DNA of 32,000 nucleotides from Bacteroidaceae bacterium (GCA_963667395.2 CAXXJL010000001.1:1477329-1509328), one strand, 5' to 3'; counted from the stretch's first letter, positions 1-11,343 are shown. Made by a program: numbers and translations. Notes: generated from the sequence alone by a model not told the origin.

Positions 1-496
1 CAATAGCCCTGATTGCTCGTTTTGCAGTGTCGACATCCGTAGAATTATGGAGTGCCTTGTAGGCTTTTAATATTTCAGTTAGTTCTTCCAATGATTTATC
101 AGCGAATTTCTCGCGCAGCTCTTTATCTTCAGGAACAGGAATAAGTTTATACCCTTTTAGTACTGACTCCAAATACATTCCAGTTCCTCCACAGAGGATA
201 GGTAATTTATCTTTCTGCTTTATAGTTTCGTAAGCAATAAGAAAATCTCTCTGATATTCAAACACATTATACTTATATCCAGGTTCGGCAATATCAATCA
301 GGTGATACGGAATTTGTTTTCCGTTCACCATATAATCTACAAGATCTTTTCCTGTGCCCAAGTCCATTTGCCTGTATATCTGACGGGAATCGGCACTGAT
401 AATCTCGGTATCCAATTCATTTGCCAAAGCTGCTGCAAAAGGAGTTTTCCCTGAAGCTGTAGGACCTAATATAGTGATTAAATCAAAATTTGCCAT
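1..496 (-). CDS. miaA: tRNA dimethylallyltransferase, partial (C-terminus outside window)
   Basis: Reverse-strand translation starts at 496 with MANFDLITILGPTASGKTPFAAALANELDTEIISADSRQIYRQMDLGTGKD, typical MiaA P-loop and DSRQ(I/V)Y motifs; open to window start. Confidence 0.93.
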   Translation of the reverse strand, partial: MANFDLITILGPTASGKTPFAAALANELDTEIISADSRQIYRQMDLGTGKDLVDYMVNGKQIPYHLIDIAEPGYKYNVFEYQRDFLIAYETIKQKDKLPILCGGTGMYLESVLKGYKLIPVPEDKELREKFADKSLEELTEILKAYKALHNSTDVDTAKRAIRAI

Positions 497-612
497 AATT
501 GCACAAGTAATAATGTCTACAAACTTACGCAAAATTCTTGAATATATAAACGTACTACTAAAAAAAGGAGTTTCATGAATTATATATAATAAATAAAGTA
601 ATAAACAGAGTC

Positions 613-646
613 AAAAAAAACCGCTTCGGTTGCCCGAAGCGGTTTT
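613..646 (-). terminator. Rho-independent terminator downstream of gap
   Basis: 13-bp arms aaaaccgcttcgg (617-629) / ccgaagcggtttt (634-646), with an A tract at 613-620 that is a U tract on the minus-strand transcript. Confidence 0.85.
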
Positions 647-667
647 ATATATCTAAGAAATGATTTC

Positions 668-1687
<1,020 letters not shown>

Positions 1688-1854
1688 TTAAGGGTTTTAT
1701 AATATTCATTCTAAAATATCCGTTATTGAATTAAGAATAAAAATCAACCACAATTGCATGAAGAAGCGGCATCAAATTAAGACACCAAACCTATAAAAAC
1801 AGCAATAATAAAATAATGTAGTTATCTCTCGAAATTTATTTCCTAATTGCGGGG

Positions 1855-1862
1855 CAAAAGTA
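1855..1862 (-). promoter_or_regulatory. Possible Bacteroides -7 element for gap
   Basis: TACTTTTG on the minus strand matches TAnnTTTG; no convincing -33 TTTG seen. Confidence 0.35.
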
Positions 1863-1912
1863 CTAAATTATTTTTAAATTAGCGCACAATTTCATCTTAA
1901 ATATTAAAAAAT

Positions 1913-2347
1913 ATGGGAAAAAGTAACTTTCTACAAGAGTTCAAAGCATTTGCTATGAGAGGCAATGTTATTGACATGGCTGTCGGTGTAATTATTGGTG
2001 GTGCATTTGGGAAAATCGTTTCCTCTTTAGTGGCTGATGTGGTAATGCCTGCGATCGGTATCTTTGTTGGCGGTGTTAACTTCAAAGAGTTGAAATGGGT
2101 AATAAAAGATGCTGTGTATTCTGCTGATGGGAAAGAGCTTACTGCAGCAGCTACCTTAAATTACGGTAACTTCCTGCAAAGCACTTTCGACTTTATCATT
2201 ATCGCATTTGCTATCTTTTTATTTATCAAATTTATGGCAAAGCTAAGCAAAAAGAAAGAAGAAACCCCAGTTGCAGAACCTCCTGCACCTAGCAAGGAAG
2301 AAACCTTATTGGCTGAAATCCGCGATTTATTGAAAGAAAAGCGATAA
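1913..2347 (+). CDS. mscL: Large-conductance mechanosensitive channel MscL
   Basis: 144 aa; [38 protein letters not shown]-terminal signature and C-terminal helix. Confidence 0.96.
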   Translation: MGKSNFLQEFKAFAMRGNVIDMAVGVIIGGAFGKIVSSLVADVVMPAIGIFVGGVNFKELKWVIKDAVYSADGKELTAAATLNYGNFLQSTFDFIIIAFAIFLFIKFMAKLSKKKEETPVAEPPAPSKEETLLAEIRDLLKEKR

Positions 2348-2401
2348 TTAGCATCTTATGCTTTACTTCTATATAATTGATAAGATCAAACACTGATATT
2401 C

Positions 2402-2450
2402 AAAAAAGCTAATATGCCCCGGATATATTTCCAGGCATATTAGCTTTTTT
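2402..2450 (+). terminator. Strong hairpin terminator after mscL, U tract on + strand
   Basis: Perfect 17-bp arms aaaaaagctaatatgcc (2402-2418) / ggcatattagctttttt (2434-2450). Confidence 0.85.
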
Positions 2451-2626
2451 ATAATAATTCTCAAAAGAGAAGTGCAGTTTTATTTATATCGTCTACATCA
2501 CAACAGCCTAATTAACGTCCTGTTTCTTTAAAATATTCTATATTTCTTAAGCTATTCGGATAGCTCCCGCTCCATTTGGATGTATATGATCCGGGAATTT
2601 CAAAACGATTGATCCCTAAATCTTTT

Positions 2627-3553
2627 TCAGACTACCCGCTGAGTATTCTGCAACGTAAGCATCTCTTTAGGAATTGACGAGCGGATTCTCTCCTTTAATA
2701 TACTCAATACTGAAAAACGAACGAAGTCTGTCTTTGTCACAATACTAATTTCACGCGTGGGACGTGGTATGGCAAAAGGGCGAACCAGCTCTTTTTGCTG
2801 ATCATTAAGTTGGTATAATGCAAGTTCTGGGATAAAGGTTATCCCCTTTCCTCCTTCCACAATTCTCATAAAGGTTTCCATACTTCCCAAATGATATGCA
2901 GCCTGATGAAGTTTAACGGTTTCCAGCTGACAAAAACGCATCAACTGATCTCTGAAACAGTGACCTTCATCCAAAAGCCAAAGTCTTTCTCCACTAATAT
3001 CTGTGGTACGAATCATTTCATTTTTAAATATAGACTCCTTTCGGGCCACATAACCCAGGAACTGTTCGTAGAAAAGTGTTTCAGCCTGCAACGATTTATT
3101 ATCAACAGCAGTTGCAATAATGGCAGCATCAACCTTTCCTGTAGCAAGTGCAACAAGTACATCCTGTGTTTTCATTTCTGATACACGGATATCTAGTTCC
3201 GGATAATCTTCCATAAACTTAGGGAAAAACCGGGGAAGCAGATAAGGTGCAATTGTTGGCAATACCGCTATGCGAAAAACACCTTTCAATGATTGTCCCT
3301 CCTCCTGAACTATTTCCTTAACTTTTGATGCCTGGGTAAGAACAGCACGAGCCTGCTCAATGATTTTCCTACCAACGGAAGTTGGCTGAACAGGTTGTGT
3401 GCTGCGATCGAAGATCTTCACGTCCAATTCTTCCTCCAGCTTTTGAACCATTGCGCTCAGCGTAGGTTGAGTAACCAAGCAATATTCTGCAGCTTTACCA
3501 AAATGGCGAAACCGATCTACAGCAAGAATATATTCTAATTGTTGTATAGTCAT
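2627..3553 (-). CDS. oxyR: LysR-family hydrogen peroxide-inducible activator, OxyR-like
   Basis: 308 aa; N-terminal LysR HTH (MTIQQLEYILAVDRFRHFGKAAEYCLVTQPTLSAMVQKLEEEL), LLDEGHCFRDQ redox-Cys region; divergent from dps. Confidence 0.88.
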   Translation of the reverse strand: MTIQQLEYILAVDRFRHFGKAAEYCLVTQPTLSAMVQKLEEELDVKIFDRSTQPVQPTSVGRKIIEQARAVLTQASKVKEIVQEEGQSLKGVFRIAVLPTIAPYLLPRFFPKFMEDYPELDIRVSEMKTQDVLVALATGKVDAAIIATAVDNKSLQAETLFYEQFLGYVARKESIFKNEMIRTTDISGERLWLLDEGHCFRDQLMRFCQLETVKLHQAAYHLGSMETFMRIVEGGKGITFIPELALYQLNDQQKELVRPFAIPRPTREISIVTKTDFVRFSVLSILKERIRSSIPKEMLTLQNTQRVV

Positions 3554-3570
3554 CCTATTGATTGTGAGTT

Positions 3571-3606
3571 ATAGATTTTATCTATACAAAGATAGAAAAT
3601 ATCGGT
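3571..3606. promoter_or_regulatory. Candidate OxyR binding site between oxyR and dps
   Basis: ATAGATTTTATCTAT (3571-3585) matches ATAGnTnnnAnCTAT; a further ATAG half-site at 3592-3595. Confidence 0.55.
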
Positions 3607-3637
3607 TGGAGAAGCACCATCTTTCTGCTTATCTTTG
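3606..3637 (+). promoter_or_regulatory. dps promoter (-33/-7, Bacteroides sigma-ABfr type)
   Basis: TTGG (3606-3609), N20, TATCTTTG (3630-3637), upstream of ATG 3681. Confidence 0.7.
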
Positions 3638-3680
3638 TATCAACAAAAAGAAAAAATACAAATATTTAAAACTTAACAAT

Positions 3681-4157
3681 ATGAAAACTTTAGATTATAT
3701 CAAATTAGACGCAACAGGAGTAAACAACATAGTAGCATCTTTGCAACAACTATTAGCCGATCTTCAGGTATATTACACCAATCTGAGGGGTTTTCATTGG
3801 AACATTAAAGGTCACGGATTCTTTGTTCTCCATGGTAAATTTGAAGAGATGTATAATGACGCGGCAGAAAAAGCAGACGAGGTTGCAGAACGCATCTTAA
3901 CATTGGGTGGTGTTCCTGCCAACAAATTCAGTGAATACCTGAAAGTAGCAAAAGTAAAAGAGGTGGATAATGTGTCAACTGGTGACGAAGCACTAAACAA
4001 CGTATTGGAAACATACAGTTACTTTATTGGTGAAGAGCGTAAACTTTTGGCAATTGCTTCACAAGCAGGAGACGAAGGTACGGTGGCCATGATGAGTGAT
4101 TATTTAAGGGAACAGGAAAAAATGGTTTGGATGCTTACCGCATATGGTACCAAATAA
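3681..4157 (+). CDS. dps: Dps family DNA-binding ferritin-like protein
   Basis: 158 aa from ATG 3681 (the track ORF begins upstream); YYTNLRGFHWNIKGHGFFVLHGKFEEMY...DEVAERILTLGGVP is typical of Dps ferroxidase motifs. Confidence 0.93.
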   Translation: MKTLDYIKLDATGVNNIVASLQQLLADLQVYYTNLRGFHWNIKGHGFFVLHGKFEEMYNDAAEKADEVAERILTLGGVPANKFSEYLKVAKVKEVDNVSTGDEALNNVLETYSYFIGEERKLLAIASQAGDEGTVAMMSDYLREQEKMVWMLTAYGTK

Positions 4158-4176
4158 TTAAAACTCTATATATAAG

Positions 4177-4227
4177 CAAGCAGCCGGAGAATATCTACAT
4201 AAGATTCTTCCGGCTGCTTCTATTTTT
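4177..4227 (+). terminator. Terminator of dps
   Basis: aagcagccgga-gaat / attcttccggctgctt hairpin (one bulge), followed by a T-rich tract. Confidence 0.8.
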
Positions 4228-4245
4228 TCTGCTATTTAAAATTAA

Positions 4246-6678
4246 TCAATTTCCGGAACGCTCAAATTTATAGCTTTTCCCTGCCTCTGTCATTACATCA
4301 TATTCATAAACTTTATACAACATAGGAAGTTGTGGATTGATTGACTTTGACACAAGCGGTTCTTTGATAGAAGCTGTTTGATAGATCGGATTCTTGTTTT
4401 CCCCTTTCGCTATCTGCAGCCCTTCTCCCTTGAGAGGCACATATGAACGAAAGCGAAGGTTTCCACCATTACGAGAGTGAATAATGGCCTTTTCAAGCTG
4501 AACACCATCCCATTCCATATCTACTTCAAAACCTCCACGTGCTACTAGTCCGCTTACTTGTCCTTTTCTCCAGGCGTCAGGTAATGCGGGAAGTAATTGC
4601 ACTGCTCCGTCGTGGCTTTGCACCAACATTTCTGCTACACCTGAGGTATAACCAAAGTTTCCATCTATCTGGAAAGGTGGGTGTGCATCGAAAAGATTCG
4701 GATACGTACGTCCATCAGTGTTACCCGGCTCTACCAGCATCAACATATTATTGATAATTCTATAAGCCTGGTTTCCATTCAACAAACGAGCCCACAAGTT
4801 AATCTTCCAGCCAATAGACCATCCGGTAGCTTTGTCTCCACGATAAAGAAGAGAATTCTTTGCTGCCTGGAAGAGTTCGGGATGTGAATAAGGAGAAATT
4901 TGATTACTTGGAAACAATCCATAAAGATGAGAAACATGACGATGGTCTTCCTTTGGATTATCCACATCTTCGAGCCACTCTTGCAACTGATTGTATTTTC
5001 CAATCTGCATAGGTGGCAAACGATCTATCATTGCCTGCAAACAAGCAGAGTATTCTTTATCTCCATTCAATATCTGATTAGCACGAAGCGTATTTGCCAG
5101 AATATCAAAAGCTATCTGGTTATCCATAGTACATCCGGCTACAAGAGAATTGCCACCTTTAGGTCCGTGCTCAGGAGAAATTGAAGGACAGGTCACCATC
5201 CATTTATACTTTGGATGCTCAACCAAAAAGTCCAGAAAGAAATCGGCAGAGCCTTTCATTACAGGATATATTTCACGCAAGAAAGCCTCATCACCTGTAT
5301 AAAGATAATGCTGCCACAAGTGTTGGCAAAGCCATGCTCCTCCATTAGGCCACATGCCGTAATGAGCCTTGTCAACAACACCTGTACATCGCCACAAATC
5401 GGTGTTGTGGTGGGCAACCCAACCTTTACAATCATACATTGCCCTACTGGTTTCGCTGCCTGTTTGAGCCAGTTCTTTTACCAATTGAATCAAAGGCAAG
5501 TGATTTTCGCTTAGGTTAGTCACCTCCGCCGGCCAGTAATTCATCTGCAGATTAATATTTATAGTATATTTCCCATCCCAGGGAGCTAATAGCTTATCAT
5601 TCCATATTCCCTGTAAATTGGCAGGTTGTCCGCCCGGTTGAGAAGAAGAGATAAGCAAATATCTGCCATACTGAAACATAAGCGTAGCAAGGGACACATC
5701 TTGTCCATCCTTAAAATTCTTCACACGGAGAGGAGTTTCTTTATCTGCAGCCTTTGAAGTTCCCAAGTCAAGTTTCACTCTATTAAATTGTTTCTGATAA
5801 TAAGCAATATGATCTGCCAAGGCTTGTACATAGTTTTTCTTGATAGCAGCAGCCAGATAAGCAGACGCTTTCTTGCTCTCATTGCCACTCACATCGTGGT
5901 AATTCACAAAATTTGTAGCTGCAGAAATATAGATTATAGCAGAGTTGGCACCGGTAACCTCAATTTTATCTTTTGTTACTTTTACCTTTCCTCCTTCGGT
6001 TTTCACCTGAGTTTGATTCTCCACACGGATAGCGCCGGAAATCAGCTCATGATTTTCACCTTTGCCCTTCAATATAAGTTTATTGCCTTTGCACAAGACT
6101 TCATGTTTCAGTGGAGAAGTATAATCGGCTGTAAACGTTAATGCACCTTCTTTATCGGCAGTAAGGCGGATCATAATAACATTGTCAGTGAAAGAGGTAA
6201 ACACTTCACGTGTATAGGTTACGCCATTTACTTTGTAACGAGTCGTTGCAACTGCTTTTTCAATATTAAGATCCCTATAATAATCAGAGTAATTTTCATG
6301 ACCAGGAAAGTGAAGAAAGAGACTTCCTATTGTTTGATAAGGCATACCATTCTGGGGTGTGCGAAATTCTTTATTCATTATTTCCTCAGCCTCATTACTC
6401 TTTCCCTCGAAAACCAGCTTTCTTACTTCGGACAAATATTTCAATGCATCAGGGTTATTATTGTTATGCGGTCCTCCTCCCCAAACAGTTTCTTCGTTCA
6501 GTTGCAATTCCTCTTGAGAAGGATTACCATAAACCATTGCTCCCAAACGGGAGTTTCCCAAGGGCAAAGCTTCTACCCATTCCTTTGCAGGCTGGCTATA
6601 CCAAAGTTTCAACTCACCACAATATGCTCCAACCGCTATCAAAGCAAAAAGTGACAATAACAAAAAGTGCTTTTTCAT
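4246..6678 (-). CDS. Glycoside hydrolase family 95 protein (alpha-L-fucosidase-like), secreted
   Basis: 810 aa with signal peptide; [75 protein letters not shown] motifs. Confidence 0.93.
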   Translation of the reverse strand: MKKHFLLLSLFALIAVGAYCGELKLWYSQPAKEWVEALPLGNSRLGAMVYGNPSQEELQLNEETVWGGGPHNNNNPDALKYLSEVRKLVFEGKSNEAEEIMNKEFRTPQNGMPYQTIGSLFLHFPGHENYSDYYRDLNIEKAVATTRYKVNGVTYTREVFTSFTDNVIMIRLTADKEGALTFTADYTSPLKHEVLCKGNKLILKGKGENHELISGAIRVENQTQVKTEGGKVKVTKDKIEVTGANSAIIYISAATNFVNYHDVSGNESKKASAYLAAAIKKNYVQALADHIAYYQKQFNRVKLDLGTSKAADKETPLRVKNFKDGQDVSLATLMFQYGRYLLISSSQPGGQPANLQGIWNDKLLAPWDGKYTININLQMNYWPAEVTNLSENHLPLIQLVKELAQTGSETSRAMYDCKGWVAHHNTDLWRCTGVVDKAHYGMWPNGGAWLCQHLWQHYLYTGDEAFLREIYPVMKGSADFFLDFLVEHPKYKWMVTCPSISPEHGPKGGNSLVAGCTMDNQIAFDILANTLRANQILNGDKEYSACLQAMIDRLPPMQIGKYNQLQEWLEDVDNPKEDHRHVSHLYGLFPSNQISPYSHPELFQAAKNSLLYRGDKATGWSIGWKINLWARLLNGNQAYRIINNMLMLVEPGNTDGRTYPNLFDAHPPFQIDGNFGYTSGVAEMLVQSHDGAVQLLPALPDAWRKGQVSGLVARGGFEVDMEWDGVQLEKAIIHSRNGGNLRFRSYVPLKGEGLQIAKGENKNPIYQTASIKEPLVSKSINPQLPMLYKVYEYDVMTEAGKSYKFERSGN

Positions 6679-6707
6679 GTTTTCTATATTAAAATTACCA
6701 TTAAATG

Positions 6708-7059
6708 CATTTCATCCATCACTCCATCACGAATACTCACAATAGTTTGATAAACAACTAAATAAACCGTGATGGATGGTTTTTATCCATCACTAAACCC
6801 TCACAGAAAAGCCTCATCCATCACGCTTTTACCCATTTTTTTTCAAATTATCGTTCTATTTGCGTTGCCCTTAGATATCGCATTATAAAATTCAGGATTC
6901 GCAATATTTTGGCTCAAAAAAACCAACATTTGATTCAAAAGAGTGATGGATGACCTGAAAAAGTGATGGATTCGTGATGGATAAAAACCATCCATCACGA
7001 CTTAGTACACTAGTCTTCAGCACATTGAAAACAATTGTGATGGAGTGATGGATGAAATG
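6708..7059. repeat. 352-bp imperfect symmetric array of GTGATGGATG/CATCCATCAC motifs
   Basis: 23-bp perfect inverted repeat (6708-6730 / 7037-7059) and 26-bp perfect inverted repeat (6768-6793 / 6974-6999) share one axis at 6883.5; further copies at 6814-6824 / 6943-6953. Confidence 0.9.
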
Positions 7060-7115
7060 TCTTTTTTCTGTATAATCTGCAAAAACACGAAGTAAAAACA
7101 TTCGGTTATATTTTT

Positions 7116-7158
7116 TAAAAACATAACCGGATGTTACTCAATGTCCGGTTATGTTTTT
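7116..7158. terminator. Intergenic hairpin, possible bidirectional terminator
   Basis: 15-bp arms aaaaacataaccgga / tccggttatgttttt. Confidence 0.55.
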
Positions 7159-7418
7159 AAAAAACTATTAAGCAATTTCCTTCAGATTATTCAGCAATAA
7201 TTTATCAACTATTCACCAATAAATCTTATTTTATGGTGAATGGTTGGTAAGTTCAATCCCAGCCAATAAACAAACATCGTTTCAGAGCCTTTAAATCAAT
7301 CGGAAGCAAAGATAAAAAATAACAGGAAACACTCATAGTCAAATTAACAATTTAAGCTATTAGAGTATGATTTCCAATTTATTTGCTGAATGGTTTTTAT
7401 TTATTGGCGAATAATGTG

Positions 7419-7426
7419 TATTTTTG
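7419..7426 (+). promoter_or_regulatory. guaA promoter -7 element
   Basis: TATTTTTG (TAnnTTTG) 35 nt upstream of the ATG; -33 unclear. Confidence 0.5.
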
Positions 7427-7460
7427 CACGCATTAAATTCCAAACATATACATATACATT

Positions 7461-8984
7461 ATGCAAGAAAAGATTGTTATTCTTGATTTCGGATCACAGA
7501 CCACTCAACTCATTGGCCGCAGGGTTCGCGAATTGGATACCTATTGCGAAATTTTACCCTACAACAAATTCCCTAAAAACGATGAATCAATAAAGGGAGT
7601 TATCCTTTCAGGAAGCCCATTCTCTGTTTATGATGATTCAGCTTTTAAAATTGACCTAAGCGAGATTCGTGGAAAATATCCTATTCTGGGTATCTGCTAT
7701 GGTGCACAGTTTATGGCCTATACAAACGGCGGTAAAGTAGAACCGGCAGGCACACGTGAATACGGACGTGCTAATCTGGGTTCCTTCTGCAAAGACAACG
7801 TGTTGTTTAAGGGAGTAAAGGAAAACTCACAGGTATGGATGAGCCACGGTGACACCATTACTGCAATTCCAGATAATTTTAAAACCATCGCTTCAACTAA
7901 CGAAGTAGCTATTGCTGCTTATCAGGTAGAAGGCGAACAAATATGGGGCGTACAGTTCCACCCTGAAGTATACCACACAGTAGACGGAACACAGATTCTT
8001 CGCAACTTCGTGGTTGATGTGTGCGGATGCAAGCAAGACTGGAGTCCGGCTTCATTCATTGAAAGCACAGTTGCCGAACTGAAAAAACAACTGGGCGACG
8101 ACAAAGTGGTTCTTGGTCTTTCAGGTGGTGTGGATTCATCCGTAGCTGCCGTACTACTTAACAGAGCAATTGGCAAAAACCTTACTTGTATCTTTGTAGA
8201 TCACGGAATGCTTCGCAAAAATGAATTCGAAAATGTAATGTCTGATTACGAGCACCTGGGACTTAACGTAATTGGCGTAAATGCGAAAGATAAGTTCTTC
8301 AGCGAACTGGCTGGTGTATCAGATCCGGAACAAAAACGCAAGATCATCGGAAAAGGTTTCATTGATGTGTTCGATGAAGAAGCTCACAAACTGAAAGATG
8401 TAAAATGGCTGGCACAGGGTACTATCTACCCCGACTGCATTGAGTCGCTTTCCATTACCGGAACCGTGATCAAGAGTCACCACAACGTGGGTGGTCTTCC
8501 CGAAGAGATGAACCTGAAACTTTGCGAACCTCTCCGCCTTCTTTTCAAAGATGAAGTGCGCCGTGTAGGTCGTCAGTTGGGAATGATGGAACATCTTATT
8601 ACCCGTCACCCTTTCCCAGGTCCCGGACTAGCAGTTCGTATCCTAGGCGATATTACTCCCGACAAAGTACGCGTTCTTCAAGAAGCAGATGATATCTTCA
8701 TCAGCGGACTACGCGAATGGGGACTTTACGACCAGGTATGGCAAGCAGGTGTAATCCTACTTCCAGTGCAGTCAGTAGGTGTAATGGGTGATGAAAGAAC
8801 ATACGAGAATGCCGTAGCACTCCGTGCCGTAACTTCCACCGATGCTATGACAGCCGATTGGGCTCACCTACCCTACGAATTCCTTGGAAAGATCTCTAAC
8901 GAGATTATTAATAAGGTAAAGGGCGTGAACCGCGTTACTTATGATATAAGCTCTAAACCTCCAGCTACTATTGAATGGGAATAG
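7461..8984 (+). CDS. guaA: GMP synthase (glutamine-hydrolysing)
   Basis: 507 aa; GATase [21 protein letters not shown]-loop, C-terminal KPPATIEWE. Confidence 0.98.
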   Translation: MQEKIVILDFGSQTTQLIGRRVRELDTYCEILPYNKFPKNDESIKGVILSGSPFSVYDDSAFKIDLSEIRGKYPILGICYGAQFMAYTNGGKVEPAGTREYGRANLGSFCKDNVLFKGVKENSQVWMSHGDTITAIPDNFKTIASTNEVAIAAYQVEGEQIWGVQFHPEVYHTVDGTQILRNFVVDVCGCKQDWSPASFIESTVAELKKQLGDDKVVLGLSGGVDSSVAAVLLNRAIGKNLTCIFVDHGMLRKNEFENVMSDYEHLGLNVIGVNAKDKFFSELAGVSDPEQKRKIIGKGFIDVFDEEAHKLKDVKWLAQGTIYPDCIESLSITGTVIKSHHNVGGLPEEMNLKLCEPLRLLFKDEVRRVGRQLGMMEHLITRHPFPGPGLAVRILGDITPDKVRVLQEADDIFISGLREWGLYDQVWQAGVILLPVQSVGVMGDERTYENAVALRAVTSTDAMTADWAHLPYEFLGKISNEIINKVKGVNRVTYDISSKPPATIEWE

Positions 8985-9021
8985 TTTTATTCCTTTAGAG
9001 GAATGACTTAAGATATTTTGG

Positions 9022-9061
9022 AAAGAGACTAGACATTTTGGTTAAAATGTTTAGTCTCTTT
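9022..9061 (+). terminator. Terminator downstream of guaA
   Basis: aaagagactagacatttt / aaaatgtttagtctcttt near-perfect 18-bp arms plus U tract. Confidence 0.8.
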
Positions 9062-9085
9062 TTATCTCTGCTTAATCATCAAAAA

Positions 9086-9556
9086 TTATTCATCGCACAA
9101 TTTCTGCAACCTTTGCTTCAAATCAGCTCGCTTTGCTTCATTTGTACCTATTTCGATATAACTGATTCTCCCTTTCTTATCAATTAATACAGTAGTGGGA
9201 TTCTGCTGGATTCCAAAAGCATTCCATAATGTCTTATCTTCTGTAATTTGGTGAAACAAAAAAGGGCGCGTAGTTACAATACGCTCAATCTGTTTGGCTG
9301 TGTTATATGTAACTGCAAGATAGTTTGCTTTGGGAAGCTCCGTTATCCATTGATTTAATTCAGGCATTTCTTTTTTACAAGGAACGCAAGCTGTGTTCCA
9401 AAAATTCAGAACCAGAGGTTTGCCTTTTGTGTTTTTATTAGTCCATACATTTCCTTGTGTATCCTTAACTGAGAATTCAGTCATCTGGTTTCCTACGGCA
9501 AGGATTGAACCTTTAGCCGACATAGAATTCTCAAACAGCTCATTTTGCTGTTCCAA
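9086..9556 (-). CDS. TlpA-like thioredoxin-fold domain (probable 3' part of a split gene)
   Basis: KPLVLNFWNTACVPCKKEMPELNQW, CxxC redox motif; ORF opens at a TTG, lacks its own signal peptide, and overlaps the upstream ORF. Confidence 0.8.
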   Translation of the reverse strand: MEQQNELFENSMSAKGSILAVGNQMTEFSVKDTQGNVWTNKNTKGKPLVLNFWNTACVPCKKEMPELNQWITELPKANYLAVTYNTAKQIERIVTTRPFLFHQITEDKTLWNAFGIQQNPTTVLIDKKGRISYIEIGTNEAKRADLKQRLQKLCDE

Positions 9557-9855
9557 CTTAATAGGAAATCAGCACTGTTAAGAACTTTATCTACCGGTAT
9601 AATGAGCAAAGAGTCTTCCGACGAGAACCTTACGCCATCTTTTAAAGCCATTGCAAGTATTGAATTCCCTTCATTATCTTGCACTTTGAAGTAAACTTTC
9701 ATCATGCCCGAATTAATACTCTTTGGAGCTACTACAAAAAAGTTACAGCCTACCATACACTTTGGTTTAATAAGACTATCATTCACTGTTTGAGCTGTTG
9801 CATATACAGCACCAACCATCACTAAGGTGATTACAATTACGTGTTTTGTATTCAT
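9493..9855 (-). CDS. Secreted N-terminal domain fragment upstream of the TlpA domain (probable 5' part of a split gene)
   Basis: MNTKHVIVITLVMVGAVYATA signal peptide; overlaps the TlpA ORF by 64 bp in another frame. Confidence 0.55.
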   Translation of the reverse strand: MNTKHVIVITLVMVGAVYATAQTVNDSLIKPKCMVGCNFFVVAPKSINSGMMKVYFKVQDNEGNSILAMALKDGVRFSSEDSLLIIPVDKVLNSADFLLSWNSKMSCLRILCRLKVQSLP

Positions 9856-10151
9856 AAGTCACATTTTTTCTTCTTACAAAGATATAAAAATAATATAAAA
9901 GGTTTTATTCTTTCACTATATGTGGAATAATTAATTATCTTCATGTTTTATAAGTTATGATTGATAGACGGTGAAAACAGAGCACTTTTATCAATCATAA
10001 CTTATAAAAAAAATCTATTTCTGGTTTGCAAATTGTTTATTTTAGAATTATACTACTTTCACATTTAACAGAAAAATCTTAATTTATAAAACAAATAAAT
10101 AAATCTTATACGAAATTAGTTGGTTTTGAAACTTTTTGAGAAAGAAAGTAT

Positions 10152-10159
10152 TAACTTTG
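10152..10159 (+). promoter_or_regulatory. -7 element for the nitronate monooxygenase-like gene
   Basis: TAACTTTG 28 nt upstream of ATG 10187; spacing to upstream TTTG (23 nt) is non-optimal. Confidence 0.5.
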
Positions 10160-10186
10160 CAGCGCATTTTAGAAAAACATTTAAGA

Positions 10187-11278
10187 ATGAAAACATTAAC
10201 TATCGGAGACTTAAAAGCTCAAGTACCTATCATTCAGGGTGGAATGGGCGTAGGGATCTCTTTATCTGGCTTAGCCTCAGCAGTAGCAAACGAAGGAGGT
10301 ATCGGCGTAATCTCATGCGCAGGTTTAGGACTTCTATATAATAAACTATCAAGCAATTTTGGGGAAGCGAGTATCTTAGGGCTTAAAGAAGAGCTCAAAA
10401 AAGCACGTGCTAAAGCTAAAGAAGCAAAAGGCATTATCGGGGTAAACATAATGGTGGCCATGACTAACTTTGCAGACATGGTTAAAACATCCATAGCCGA
10501 AAAAGCTGATATCATATTCAGCGGAGCAGGTCTTCCTTTGGATTTACCTAGCTTTCTCCCAGAAGGTAGCAAAACAAAACTTGTGCCTATTGTATCATCG
10601 GCTCGTGCAGTAAGAATTATCTGTGAAAAATGGCATAGTCAGTATAACTATCTTCCCGATGCGGTTGTAGTTGAAGGTCCGAAAGCTGGAGGTCACCTTG
10701 GTTACAAGGAAAACCAAATTACAGACGAAGCTTATTCTCTGGAAGAAATATTACCTCAGGTGGTATACGAAGTATCTCTCTTCGAGGCGAAATTCAATAA
10801 AAAGATTCCGGTAATTGCTGCTGGAGGTATTTATACAGGAGCAGACATTTATCGCATGATGGAACTTGGAGCTTCGGGCGTACAGCTAGGAACACGATTT
10901 GTAACAACAGACGAGTGCGATGCATCTTATGCGTTTAAAGAACAATATCTAAATGCAAAAGAAGAAGATATTGAGATTATTAAAAGTCCGGTTGGAATGC
11001 CTGGCCGCGCAATTGGAGGTTCTTTTATCCAACAGGTAAAAGAAGGTATAAAACAGCCAAAATCGTGCCCTTTTCATTGCATTAAAACATGCGATATCTC
11101 TAAAAGCCCATACTGCATTATGCTGGCACTTTTCAATGCTTTCAAAGGTAATTTCAAAAACGGATATGCTTTTGCCGGATCAAATGCTTATAAAGCAAAT
11201 AAGATTATGAGCGTAAAAAACACAATCTCTGAATTAATGAAAGAATGGAAAGAAAAAGAATTATTCTCTAAGAAATAA
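10187..11278 (+). CDS. Nitronate monooxygenase / 2-nitropropane dioxygenase-like flavoprotein
   Basis: 363 aa from ATG 10187; PIIQGGMGVGISLSGLASAVANEGGIGVIS, VVVEGPKAGGHLG, IPVIAAGGIYTGADI, GVQLGTRFV. Confidence 0.88.
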   Translation: MKTLTIGDLKAQVPIIQGGMGVGISLSGLASAVANEGGIGVISCAGLGLLYNKLSSNFGEASILGLKEELKKARAKAKEAKGIIGVNIMVAMTNFADMVKTSIAEKADIIFSGAGLPLDLPSFLPEGSKTKLVPIVSSARAVRIICEKWHSQYNYLPDAVVVEGPKAGGHLGYKENQITDEAYSLEEILPQVVYEVSLFEAKFNKKIPVIAAGGIYTGADIYRMMELGASGVQLGTRFVTTDECDASYAFKEQYLNAKEEDIEIIKSPVGMPGRAIGGSFIQQVKEGIKQPKSCPFHCIKTCDISKSPYCIMLALFNAFKGNFKNGYAFAGSNAYKANKIMSVKNTISELMKEWKEKELFSKK

Positions 11279-11300
11279 TTCTTCTTATAAAATAAGAATT

Positions 11301-11339
11301 AAAGCGAGGATTTTCCTAAAAAGAAAATCCTCGCTTTTT
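11301..11339. terminator. Bidirectional terminator between convergent genes
   Basis: 15-bp perfect arms aaagcgaggattttc (11301-11315) / gaaaatcctcgcttt (11323-11337). Confidence 0.85.
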
Positions 11340-11343
11340 GTTT

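Noticed and set aside
4539-6692. Multiple antisense ORFs over the GH95 gene (e.g. 5788-6141 +, 6298-6654 +, 6330-6692 +)
   Set aside because: They mirror a well-supported 810-aa CDS, have no recognisable domains or start context, and look like shadow ORFs.
6708-7059. CRISPR array interpretation of the GTGATGGATG repeats
   Set aside because: Repeats occur in both orientations, are short and variably spaced, are symmetric about one axis, and no cas genes are nearby.
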